A DNA stretch of 64,000 nt from Octopus vulgaris. Taxonomy: Eukaryota. The position numbers were made by a program, and so were the translations under genes. Positions 24,766-38,447 of this stretch are shown one piece after another. The stretch covers positions 88,660,001-88,724,000 of the forward strand of contig OX597816.1 of the NCBI GenBank assembly GCA_951406725.2, given 5' to 3'. The notes beneath the pieces were generated by a model. It was not told the DNA's origin, did no database searches, and saw only the letters and a program-made list of their open reading frames with translations. Each line of letters starts with the position of its first letter. Position 1 is the stretch's first letter.

Positions 24766-26859
24766 ATATATATATATATATATATATGCTTGTGTGTGTG
24801 TGTGTGTGTGTATTATTTTGATACAAGAAAATTATTGCCAATGCATCCGAAGTTTCGGCCAGCTAAGTCATCGTCATATAATTCGGTTTTATCATAACTG
24901 AACATAATCAGCTAAAAAAAAAAGCAACCAATCGCACACAAAGAAATGAAAGGCCTCTATGGAATTGATTTTCTTGCTAGAAATAACAGAGACGTGTTTT
25001 CAAATAATAGGGCGTCGGTTAAAATCTATTGGGGACTTATTAAAGAACGTAATATTGGGTAGACAAAAATCAATAAATAATTGAGGTGGTCACGGCTGGA
25101 AACCATTTTGATAACAGAACTGCTCGATCAGAGTTTAACTGAAATATAAACAACAACAAAAACAGCAACAGAAAATAGAGTTAGCATTAAAACCTTTTAG
25201 AGACAGAGATTTATAGAAATATCCTTTTCTTTTTAGTTTAATCATGGAATCTCCTGTTGCACGAACTTGCCATGTGTGAGTGAGTGTAAATACTTTGATT
25301 GGACGCTTTTTCGTCTGATATAGTACGCCATGATGGTGTTTATCACTCCTTTGGGGCTTTGTGATGGGAAGGTAGACTCATGGTAATGAATCGGAACACG
25401 CGATATACAAGATAAAAGAAAGACAGGGCGGAGAAGCAAAAGAAGACGAAGACGACCACAACGAAGAGGAAGGAGAAGAAGAAGAAGAAGAAGAAGAAGA
25501 AGAAGAAGAAGAGAAAGAAGAAGAACAACAACAACAACAGCAACAACAACAACAACAAAAACAACAACAAAAGGGGAAGAAGAGGTAGACAAGAAGACAA
25601 AAGGAAAGAGAAAAGAAAGCAAAAACGATAAATTAAAAAGACGGGAAGAGAAGTAAAATAAAAAGAATACAACACAAACAATAGCAACATCAACAAGAAA
25701 AACGACTATGGCGGAGAGAACATGAAAGAAGAAACAAGTGGAAATAGCGATAAGGCATTACATTTCTTGCTATTCCATCAAGATACAGCTAAACTGAAGA
25801 ATGCTTGGCGATAACGCCAAGCATTCTTCTGTTAGTAGAGGGAAATGTCTGTTATTGTGTTACATACTTGATAAAGTTTAAATTAAGCACTTTTCCTCGC
25901 GTAGTTTTTGCACATTATAACTTCTGTAGTTTTGCTCTGAGTTATCCCTAACATAGCAGTCTTATGTTCGTTATATTCATAGTATATATGTGGGACTAGA
26001 CTACTGAATATCTGGTTATTCTTTTAAGATAGTATGCTGTGTTTTGAGTGCAATTAGGCCGTTACTACTAGCGATTCAAGACTTGCATAGACCTTGCAAA
26101 AGTTTTCTTTATAGTCATGGATGCCGTCCTTTAATTGTGGCCAATCCTACTGTGAGAACACATATAACAAATCCTTCCAAACTCATCTAATCTTTTACTT
26201 CAGAAGCTGTGCATTTACCACGCCACAACCTATCATGTTTATTCTTTCATTAAGTCATAGGATTTGGTGAGAGAAAATTTCGTTAGTTTTAAAGCTTTTT
26301 TTCCCCCACTTTTTTGGAGAAAGGCAGCTGCCATGGTGCTCTTCAGGGCTTGTGTGACTGGCGGAATACAAAGTCAGCCGTTGTATGGTTTCCTACAAAA
26401 AGCCACATGGTGTGTTTAGACAGTGAAGTTCAGATAGATTTCTCGGACTTAAATTAAGTCGAACGCAGCTGTTCTAGGTATCATTAATAGACTGACTGTT
26501 AAGAGTTAAGACTCCAATGTTAATATAATTTCTAAAAACAAAATACGGTACCATATTCAAGAGTATTTCACTTCTGCTTTTTTTTTATTATTTGTCATTG
26601 ATTACAGAATCGGCAGCTCCAGCTATGTGCCCAAACAAACGGGCAGCATTTGTGTGAACCTTTGCTCTATTATCACACCAGTCATGACTGCTGTTCAATG
26701 GATATTTTAAACTGAAACAGACAGTTGCATTTCAAAGTTAACAAAGAGACTGGAAGATGGATTACTGTGTGTGGGAAAAGTAGGCATGACATTTGATAAT
26801 ATTCAAAATGAGAATATCAAAATTAGCAGTATTTGATACTAGTAAGACATGATTAAAAT

Positions 26860-26934
26860 ATAGGAAAACATCGGTAATCGTTCAAGAAAACAGCAAAATA
26901 CTGCACGGTGTTTCTAAACTTTTGAAGAGTACTG
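26860..26934. mobile_element. Isolated Tc1-like terminal inverted repeat
   Basis: ctaaacttttgaagagtactg is the RC of cagtactcttcaaaagtttag, a Tc1-type CAGT...AAAAGT end; partner not found. Confidence 0.4.
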
Positions 26935-27252
26935 AAAAACGCTTCAGAAAATCTATAAATGGTGTAGGAAAAAATAATCTTAAACATTGAATGGTAAAAC
27001 CAACGCACTAGATTATTTCAAATGAAATGCAGTTACCACCAAATGTGTGTGTGTGTGTGTGTGTGTGTACACATTTGTATATATTCTTTTACTTCTTTCA
27101 CTCATTTGACTGCGGCCATACTGAAGCACCACCTTAAATATGTATTGTTGTTGTTGTTACTATGTGTATCTTTTCAGGGTCGATAACAGAAGTTCCAGCC
27201 GAACACTAGGGTCGATATAAACAAACTTGTGCCTTGTGCCAACATTTGAAAC

Positions 27253-27987
<735 letters not shown>

Positions 27988-30900
27988 GGAAGAGAAGTTA
28001 TTATTGATATATGTGCTAGTATGTTTCTGCCGAAGAAAGAGGAGCTAAATAGATAAATATATAAGGAGAGGAACAAGTAAAATCGATTTTGTTCAATGAT
28101 AAAACATACCATATTTCAACTAATTTATTTAAAATGCGTATATGACAGGAGTCACATGACTAATTTTCAGTAACTATTGCCTTCACTTTTTGTGTCTATA
28201 GTCCACTCTCTCCACCTTTGTCGCTCTTCACTCGAGTAGCTGCAAATTACAAACTAAGTCTATGCATTGTTCATAAGAATCTGAAAGAAGATTTAGACGA
28301 CAACCTAATAAGACTTTTCCCCCAACTTTTCTTTTATTCCAATCATATCCAGATCCACAGGGAAATTACTACGAAAATCTCATAGATGAGTTAAAATAAA
28401 TATATCAATCTAAACATATGTGTTGGCATACAGCACATATTCACAGACAGCTAAACACACTTCATAGTGATGCACTGCTCATAAAAGCATATTTGAATAT
28501 AAATACACATATATAAACATCAGAGACATATGTAAGCACATGCAAATAGAATAAATTGCAACACACGCACATATATACAATTTCCAACTCCAACATGAAC
28601 TTACACTCGTTTTAATGAAGTCATATACGAAAGAGTACCTACATTTTCAAAATCTTAAATGCATATTAGTATGTTAGAAGAAAATAGCATAGGAAGAGAG
28701 AGAAAGAGAGAGAGAGAGAGAGACAAAGTTGTAAATTGAGGCGTAGAAAAGATTTATTACAGAGAGAGGTGGGGTATTAAGGTACAGAAGGAATCGGTGT
28801 CAAAGTTTAAATATTTAATTTCAGATTTTATTGGTAACGTTCATAATTACTGAAGACTAAATACACATACAATGTCATTTTCAGTTGACAGGACAGCGCG
28901 GCCTTGTATCTTATCCAATGTTGATAAAAGCGACTGTGATATTACACCCTTTCCCAGAGATATTATATAGATTTCTGGCGAAAGTATGATTAGTGTTAAT
29001 GGTTGTGATTTGTCTGAAATATATTATATGTCATTAGGGTCCCAAAAGCTACATTTTTCTGAGAGAATTTCAAAAAGTTGGGGATGTTTTGATTGCTGGA
29101 ATAAAATGAATAGCATAGCTGTAGTTTATGACATATCTGCTATATTACTTTAACTATAATATATACAATCGTGAGAGAGGCATGTCTGTAAGGAATGATA
29201 AATGGTCGCTTGGATATGAGAATCATCTATCGTAGGAAAATGTTTCACACTAGAAAAAGTTGATCAAAACTCTGAAAAACAACGAAATACAAATCTATTA
29301 CATAATACATGCCCTGTATCATGTGTCATTTACATTGCTAAATGATTCAACCTTTAACAGCAGAACTGTTAAAGGTCCACTTAGCTACTGACGTAAATAA
29401 ACGACAATTTTGATGTATGAGCTAACCCGGTGATTTGGTTCGTTATTAGCTCATCTATCTTTTCTCTTAGTCCACATAGGGGCCTCGGTAGGTTAGAGTT
29501 GACTATGTAATGCCCGGGAAGGTTTAAGCAATTATTTTGTGACAACCAGCAGGTGCTTGTGCATGCCTGTCCCTCTTCTCTACCTTTCTAATGTAGAACA
29601 AGATAAAATCCACAGCTTTAAGTCCGATACATCCTAGGCCCAGTGTCGTAGCAGGCATTGCTCTCGGAACGCAAAAGGCTACAACATATATAAGAAGATA
29701 CCATGTTCAACATTCTAACAGTTTCGCCAATCAACTAAATTAGTTACTTTTTTATCAACAAACAATGAAATAGAAAACTGATCTCTGCCGAATTTGAACA
29801 CAGAGCGTAGAGATTCGGAATATGATTGGAGGCATTATATGCATTGCCTTCACTGCTCAGCTAAATTTTCAACCTTCTTGCTATTATTACACGTATACAA
29901 CAGAGATCTTTACGTTCATCGTCATGGTAATCATTCACTTATTAGATTCCCTTGTAAATTACTGATAATGATTTCGTTGACTGGGAATGTGTATTGACAT
30001 CATAAATATATCATTTCAATAAGATTTCAGTGCGTAATTTAAAACAAGACTGTAGTTATAATTCAGTTATTTAATAATAAACATAGTTGGCGTTTTGCTA
30101 GAAAAATTTAAAACAACAAAAAAAAAACAAATAAAATAATCGTCAAATTATGAAAAAATAACGTTAATTTCATGACCAATAATATTTTAATCATTTTGGC
30201 GGCTATGAGAGATTACTAATTTCGAACTTGTCACATCTCTGTAGACAAGTATAAGCATAGGTTTCACCCATAACAACTAAGATAATGAACTGATAATGAC
30301 ATAGTAGGTGGTCTCTATTTTACACGATTAGTCGCGTAGATTAGGAAAAGTTTACATTTTTATTATAGGTCTAATATATAGATACTTCCAGCACAATGTC
30401 ACTTTACTCTCTAAATATTTTATATTTCTGTTCTAACACTTCAACTTTTGCATAACGAAAATCACAGATTTAAGTTAGTAAATGCGATGAAGTCTATGAT
30501 TCGATGTTGCAGACATAACAAACTGAGCCCTATCTAAAGCAGAAGAGAAGATACTTTATAAGGAACTTTGCATAAAGCCTCTGTGAGGAGGCCTCAACTG
30601 GCACCATGTAAAGCTCCCAAAAAATAACTTTTTTTTTCTTGCTAGAAAGACGAAGAAGAAAATCCATTCACACAACCTACAAATACGGGCAGAACTCACC
30701 ATCATATATGCAAACAATCCATTAACCGTTGGTTTACCACTGAATATGTCTCCTGTGGTTTGTACTGAAGTTAAGTCAGTCAGGCAAATTCAAATCACCT
30801 TCAGGCTATCGAGTATGTGTAGTTATCGCACGTTCGCAGCGTGAGTGAAATAAAATTAGTTCACGTGTAAGTAAATGGGAAACGCAGGAATAGCTGTTGA

Positions 30901-33000
30901 GAAGTTTGAAACACGCCTAATACATATCCCGAAAGCCACTCGTCTAATTGCTGTTTCTGTTATTTTCAGAAGGAAAATGAAGAATTTGAGAAGTGGTTTG
31001 TTGAAAACACCTTTTATATTACAGTTATATGTACAAAAGCAGAATATAGCATCACTTCATTCCTTAAATGTTAAAATTTATGATGGAAATAGAAATCAAT
31101 ATTATATATCTTCTTAGATGTGAAGCTGTATGAAAGTTATATCTGCCTTAGAGTTTCGCGTAAGGCACATATGAAATAAATATAAATCATTTGTCTCTTT
31201 ATATAGCTATAAAAGGAATTATTCTAGAGAATCTGTGGAGTGTCTTGGAAAAATAAACGAAGAAATCTTACTATCACAAACAATGTTATATATGTATACG
31301 TAATGAGGTGCGCACACATGTATATTCATTCATAAAAACATGCAATCACACATACAAATATATAGATACAAACACATACACACACTCACATATATATATA
31401 TGCATAAATACGTCTGTGTTACATAACTCAGATACGTTTTCGCTATTATTTGTCTAGATGATTTGTAACAAAAAACCCAACCGTGTGAGGTTCTTTAGAC
31501 ATATTTAGGTACACCATAGGCTCATTTGTGTAAGGGGTTGTTGTTGGGCCAAACGTATTCGGGAGTTGTTGTTCTTTTAATTTGGAGGGATTTTTTTTAC
31601 CAAGTGTTTAATTACTCTAGAATCTTCTTTTCCTCCCTTTGATCCCTTACTGGATAATCTTGATCGAATCAGAACCATTTAAACGAAACTGTTTTGTCGG
31701 ATTGTTTATGTGGTGCAAGTATCAATTTTTTGTAAGTGATGTACGCCACGGGGTCGTAGGCTCCGGCATTTATAAATTTGTACTAACATCATTTTGATAA
31801 TATCGAAGGAATAGTTGCCGAATTGTACAAATAATGTAGCAGAAACAACAGCATTAGAGAGTATATAATTTGTGCTTTTTAGTTGATTCCAGTAATCAAG
31901 GACTATCGTGAAAATTAATTTAGAATTTTTAATTGACCTCTAGAATGGTACTTGTGTGCATTCCATGTTGCGACGACAAAAAAAAAACATTCACATAAAT
32001 AAGTACGTACATGCACAACGCACACACACACACAAAAACACACACACACACGTACACACATATATAGAGAGATAGATAGATAGATATAGACATAATATAT
32101 ATATAGATATGCATACGTTTAACACAAAAATACAAATATATATATATGTGTGTGTATGGGTGGGTGCATGTATATATGTATGTATGTGTGTATGTATGTA
32201 TGTATGTATGTATGTATGTATGTATGCATGTATGTATACATGCATATATACGCGCACAGACAGTCATGAAATTGCAAATATACACATACGTAAAACACAC
32301 CTTATCATGTTTGCGATTGGCGACGATTCCCCATTGAACTGTGAGGTCATTTAGAGTTTTATGATTTAAAGATGCTTCATTTTCAGGTCTTTATGGCAAG
32401 AATACTGAGAAAATATTTTTTGAAATTAGGAAAAATATAATTTTACAAAAATTGAAACAACAATAAATAAACAAATTTTTAAAAAAACAGAACAATGAAT
32501 GCATCCACAAATCCCCAACCAAAACATACAATGCACGCAAAACTTGAAAAATTATTAAGTTTTGGAATTTATTTAACCAATTATTCAATTTACTGAGTAA
32601 AGTAATTCTCTAGAGAAGTTTTATGGTGGAAACTAATCTAATTTTAACGGCAATTAAAGTCAACTGACATTTTATGTTTGGTTACTGGCTTATATACGTC
32701 GTTGGGTAATGACATAATGAAGGTAATAAGTACTTATCTCCACAAAAGTAAAACTTAAGCAAATTTGGGGGGGAAAGAGGAAGTTGGACGAGTTTGTAGA
32801 GTTGACTGTGGCTCCAGTTCCTAAGATAGAAAATATCGACAGTTTTTATCAAGCCAGTAGCCTTTTCCTATATACTTAATCATTCATCATGTGCTTAGTC
32901 ATTGATCGTTCATTATCAAATGTGAGTGTCATACTTACATAACATATATCTATGTATGAGTAAGTGTTTGGGTTTGTAGTTTGTATATTGGTGTATATTT

Positions 33001-33090
33001 ACGTGTACACACTCACATGTACATGTACACTCACATGTACATGTACACTATACGTGTACACACTCACATGTACATGTGAGTGTGTACACG
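33001..33090. repeat. Palindrome-rich minisatellite (cactcacatgtacatgta)n
   Basis: Unit repeated 3 times; acgtgtacacactcacatgtacatg duplicated at 33001 and 33052. Confidence 0.8.
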
Positions 33091-33269
33091 TATAGTGTCC
33101 GTGTATACATGCGGATATTCTGTTGTATGTATGTATGTGTACGCACGTGCGTGTGGGTGTGTGTGTGTTTATATGCATGTTTACACGCGAGTGCGTGTGT
33201 ATGCTTATAGGCTTGGAGGCGTATATGTACGCGTGTATATGGGTGTGTGTATCCATGTTGGTATGTATG

Positions 33270-33998
33270 TACTAGAAGTCCAAATAATTCAAGGAACCAG
33301 ATTAAACGCTCAACAGCTCTGATTTACAACGCATTAGGTCCCCAGACGAAACTGTTGATTTACTGACAATTCTACAACTAAATTTTATCAATCTCCTGAC
33401 CACCATGCTTGGTCCTTAACCTCTATACATCCCTTATCTTTATATTTTTTTATATTTTGTTACATTTTTATCATGTTTTTTTACTTTTATTTTTATTTCT
33501 ATTTCTATTTTTACTTTATAACCTTATGCCTTTACATTTATTTATATTTCTTTATATTTCTTTATATTCTTTATACCCCCTTTACATCTCCTTATATCTC
33601 TTTATATCTTTATGCTCTACATTTTTATATTTTTCTATACTTACACTTTTTATACATTTTTTATCCCTCGTCCTGAATTCTCGCCCCTCCATCTTCACGT
33701 ATATACATGTATTTATTTATTTACATTACTTCAACATCCATTTTTCCTCATCCTACATTGAGAGAAGAAAGAGATGGACGCTTCAATTCTATGCTGCTGC
33801 CGCATTATGTCGTACGCGAATGGGAGGATTTGCATCCCCAACCAAGAATTTTTGATGTAACACATGTCCTTGTGGAAGCTGTTGTGCGCGGCTGAAGAAG
33901 GCCACAGACATACATTATGCATTGTTATAAATCTGTCTAATAAAGGCCCGAAACATATGTACCGCTGAATCCTTCGCATCATGTTTTTATTTTGATCA

Positions 33999-34002
<4 letters not shown>
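33270..34002 (+). mobile_element. PLE-type pLTR / 3' end remnant ending in (TA)n
   Basis: Pyrimidine-rich tract followed by a hammerhead and a TA run; the 5' boundary is uncertain. Confidence 0.55.
33888..33965 (+). ncRNA. Type I hammerhead ribozyme
   Basis: gcgg-CTGAAGA-a-ggcc...ggcc-c-GAAA-catatg-TA-ccgc: helix I gcgg/ccgc, palindromic helix III ACATATGT, GUA cleavage triplet. Confidence 0.8.
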
Positions 34003-34071
<69 letters not shown>

Positions 34072-34846
34072 TACACACACATACGTAACATAGTGGTTTT
34101 CAAATATTTTTGATTTCAATTTACTTGACTTGGTTCCATAGCAAATTACTGTTTAAAAATTTTCTATTATATTTTTATGATTGAATACAGAATTATTGGG
34201 AATTATATAAAAAAAATTGTTGAAATACTTTGTGCATTGTAGAAGTATATCCAATTTATTGCACACAGATCGTAACAGCAAAGAATAACTCTTTGCTCTG
34301 CAATAAGCTTCAGCAAGTAGCCTACCCCCAGTGATGAGAAATAAGCACAGTTATTACAATGGAGAATCGGTTTTACAGGCACAATCTGTTAGAGCTGACA
34401 CTTACTGAACGTCTGAGACATTAGAGATACATTTTATTGTCACTGAAACCTCGAGTGTTTCATGTCTCTGCAAACAATTCTACATCTACATATATATACT
34501 ATAAACATCGTATTAAGTACCTTTTCGCCTGATTGTATTAATAAAGATATGCCCACACATATAAAATAGGTAATTCAAAATGATATGTATCTATGTTGAT
34601 AGAATGTTTGTTGAAATACAAAGTGACTCGAGGTTCTTCACTAAGACATTTTTTACCATCATCAGACGTTAAAAACTTAACCCTTTGCAGCAATCTTAAG
34701 ATAAACATACTACAATCTAGATGTGTTGCTTGTATTGCAATAAGTTACCAATAGACTATACAACTAACTGTATTCCATTCGTATATAAACAGTACAACTG
34801 AATACACTATACATATACATACATATGCATGTATATATGGTTGTAC

Positions 34847-34907
<61 letters not shown>

Positions 34908-34931
34908 GGTTTGGAGATGATGTACAGGTAT

Positions 34932-35190
34932 TATATATTAGCAGAAATAAGGTATTCAGAAATCTGGATGGTTTTATATTTACAGATACCTAATAATATG
35001 TCACATGTTTTTTTTATAAATCATATACTAGCGCTTGCGTCCACTCTAGCGGAGCCTTCAGATTGAAGACTCTACTACAGTGGACGCAAGGGCTAATGTA
35101 TGATTTATGAAAACATGTGACATATAAATAAATATCTGTAAATATAAAACACATCCAGATTTTTGAGTACCTTATTACTTCTAATATATA
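34932..35190. repeat. About 260-bp foldback palindrome between TA repeats
   Basis: Arms of about 115 bp (tatattagcagaaataaggtattcagaaatctggatgg...cttgcgtccactctag and its reverse complement); the centre gagccttca/tgaagactc also pairs. Confidence 0.85.
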
Positions 35191-35193
35191 TAC

Positions 35194-35248
<55 letters not shown>

Positions 35249-35270
35249 TGTGTGTATGTATGTATGTATG

Positions 35271-35299
<29 letters not shown>

Positions 35300-35305
<6 letters not shown>

Positions 35306-35490
35306 CTCAAAAGCACGAAGAACAAACACAAAAAAATCAACAGCGCGAGGGCGTAGTATATGTAGAGTATTAGCAGGCGCTCAGGGAAGGAAGAAAAGGT
35401 AGCTTTTACGTTTTGAGCAAAGCTCTTCACCAGAAACAAGAGATGGAAGAAAGTCCAAGAGAAAAGGATGACGGATGAGTGATCCACATA
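35300..35490 (-). mobile_element. Hammerhead-like repeat family C relative (diverged)
   Basis: acgaagaacaaac...gcgctcagggaagg...cttttacgttttgagcaaagctcttcaccagaaac has the same layout as 24597 and 62842. Confidence 0.6.
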
Positions 35491-36062
35491 TGATTACATT
35501 TTGAAATATTTATAGAGAGAGAGACAGAGAAAAAACAGTGAGAGACTATCAATACGGGAAAAATGCTTCATAAGCTCTCTGGCGGCATCTCAGGCAAATA
35601 AATTATGTTAGATTAGTGAACAACTCCTAGTAATCTTTTGGTAGGGTTGCAACTTATGGTTTATCACAATTCTATATTGTAAATCCGTGAATGGGAGCCA
35701 GATAAATTGGATTTTACAGAGTAATATATAAGAGACAAGTTTAAAATATTAGTCATTACATATGATTCCTTTATTGGGGCAAGTCTGGCTTACAGCTGTT
35801 TCCAGCAGTCATTATAGGTACATTTCTGATAGGTTTACTCAATTGGTCTATTGATCAAATGAGGTAAATTGAACGAGCTAAGAAAATGAATGCTACTTTC
35901 GACAGATGTAATAAGAAACGGAGTACTTAAGGAATGGCTATTGCATGAAGAGTGCGGGGTAGGACAGGGATGATCAAGTAGATAAAAGAACGGGGGAAGA
36001 GAGGTTACAGGGGGTGGGAATATGTAAGAGAATGTCAGAAGTAGTAGTACTACAAGTACTAC

Positions 36063-36118
<56 letters not shown>

Positions 36119-36295
36119 TGGGTATTGTATTGCCAAACTTGGAAGAGGGACAGTTGTTCCAATAAAGGAGTTATATGTAATGACTATTATTTTTCATTGG
36201 TTTCTTATATATATGTGTATATATGTATATATGTATATATTTATATATATATTCATATGCATATATATTTCACTCTAGCACTTGTATATTTCAAA

Positions 36296-36360
36296 TGCTA
36301 CACTGATGATGAGAAATTAGTAAGTAAATATACTTTAATCTCGAAACGCGTATATGGTTA
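36296..36360 (+). ncRNA. Type I hammerhead motif with weakened helix I
   Basis: CTGATGA-t-gaga...tctc-GAAA-cgcg-TA; palindromic ACGCGT helix III; helix I has a mismatch and wobbles. Confidence 0.6.
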
Positions 36361-36518
36361 GTCAGAGTCGTGTAGATTCATTATTTTTATTCTTTTTGCT
36401 TACGTAAAAAAGTGTGTTACTGTCTGGGAAATTCTTACGGTAGTAGAAAAGGAATTTCTAAATTCGGTATGTGGTGAAGCAATTAGCCGACCCCCCACTT
36501 ATTATAACTATGTTTATA

Positions 36519-36562
<44 letters not shown>

Positions 36563-37518
36563 TTGAGCACACAAATATTTGCATCGTTTACTTATTTATT
36601 TAAATCAAGGTATTGACCTCTACTTTAGTTCTCTGCACGAAGACCTGCCAGTAGATACTGAGACCTGTAGATACAATAGTCGTAGATAGTGAAACGAGTA
36701 ACAAAGTGAAAACCAGTTTAAGTATGGATATGTAAAGAAACTGTATCCCATGTTTTGCCTTCTTTATGTACAAAGGTTTGCAAATTAGTTGCTCTTATCG
36801 CTGAATACAAAAGAAAAAGAGAGAGGCACTAACAAAGAGAACAATAATGATAAGAATTAAAGTCCTTTCAGAGAGAGAGACATGTTGGTACATGACATTA
36901 TGATGCTTAAAATGTGGATAGAAAAGGGGCCATGTGAATTATGAGAGAGAGGATGAAGTCGCGTTATTGATGACAAGGGGATGGAAATGGTCGTGGTGAC
37001 AATGAAATGCAGGAGAAGGAAGGTGGTATTATGATGATCATGATGATGACGGCTATGCTAACGACGACGAGGAAAAGAGGCGATATTGTCAATGAGTGTA
37101 AGACAAGATGTAAATGCAGATTAAAGGAATATTAACAAGAAATTCAAAACAAAAATAATAATAATAATAAATCCTGATAGATTTACTGATAAAGAAGAAA
37201 ATGCGAAAGAAAAGATCAGGAAGATGCTGTTGATAATGCTGGGTAAACGAGGAAAACATGAAGTAAAGAAGAAGGAGAATTAATCACACATGAGACGTGG
37301 AGACAAGATGATGAGATTTATGAAATATACAAAAATTTAATATATTTTCCAATATCACATATCAAATACATATATATGAATATGTGTTTGTACATTTGTG
37401 TGCATTTATATATGTAGATGTGTATTTCTGTGTGTATGCACGTACGGGTGTTTTTGTATTCATATACACACACATATATATATATATATATTTCTCCCTC
37501 TCTCCTCTCTCTCTCACT

Positions 37519-37588
<70 letters not shown>

Positions 37589-37689
37589 TGTTTGCATATA
37601 TATATGTGCGTACGTGTGTGTGTGTGTGTGAACATTAATATATATTTCTGAGAGAGAGAGAGAGGCAAGCAAATAGAGGGAGATAAATA

Positions 37690-37789
37690 GATAGATAGAC
37701 ATATAGACAGACAGACAGACAGACAGACAGATATATATATATATATATATATAGATAATTATATATATATATATATATATATAGATATA

Positions 37790-37856
<67 letters not shown>
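37690..37856. repeat. (GACA)/(TA)/(GATA) compound microsatellite
   Basis: Direct reading. Confidence 0.95.
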
Positions 37857-37857
<1 letters not shown>

Positions 37858-38201
37858 GTATATGCGCACCAAAATAGATTTCGATGAATTTCATTAAACC
37901 GTATTTCTGTCGGTAAACACGCATACAGGTGTATTCTTATATACACACCCGCGTATACATCACTGTGGTTAATATAAACGCATAAATAATCGTATAGTAT
38001 AGAAGAGTTAATGTAATTTAACCCTACAAACGATAGAAAATGAGAAACGAAATTTTCTTCAAATCATTTTAAGTGAAGTAAAACATTATTCGAAACTAGG
38101 GAATATAATGTAGATTGATGCACAAACACATATGGCCTTATATAGACCGAAAGTTATACGCATATATACATACTTACAAAAACATATATATTTAAGGAGA
38201 G

Positions 38202-38280
<79 letters not shown>

Positions 38281-38447
38281 TTGAGAATAGTGTGATGCAA
38301 ACACATTTGAAGAAAATGAAAGCAAAAATGATATTTGGTTATAGTAAAATATGACCACTTGTGTACAAATTTATTACAGGTTAATATTTACCAGTGAAAA
38401 ATTCAGCAACAGAAATAGTAATTGAAATAATATACATATATATATAT

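Noticed and set aside
24845-24890. Minus-strand ATGACGAT...GCCGAAAC hammerhead-like string
   Set aside because: Core C3 and the cleavage triplet are both wrong and helix I is absent
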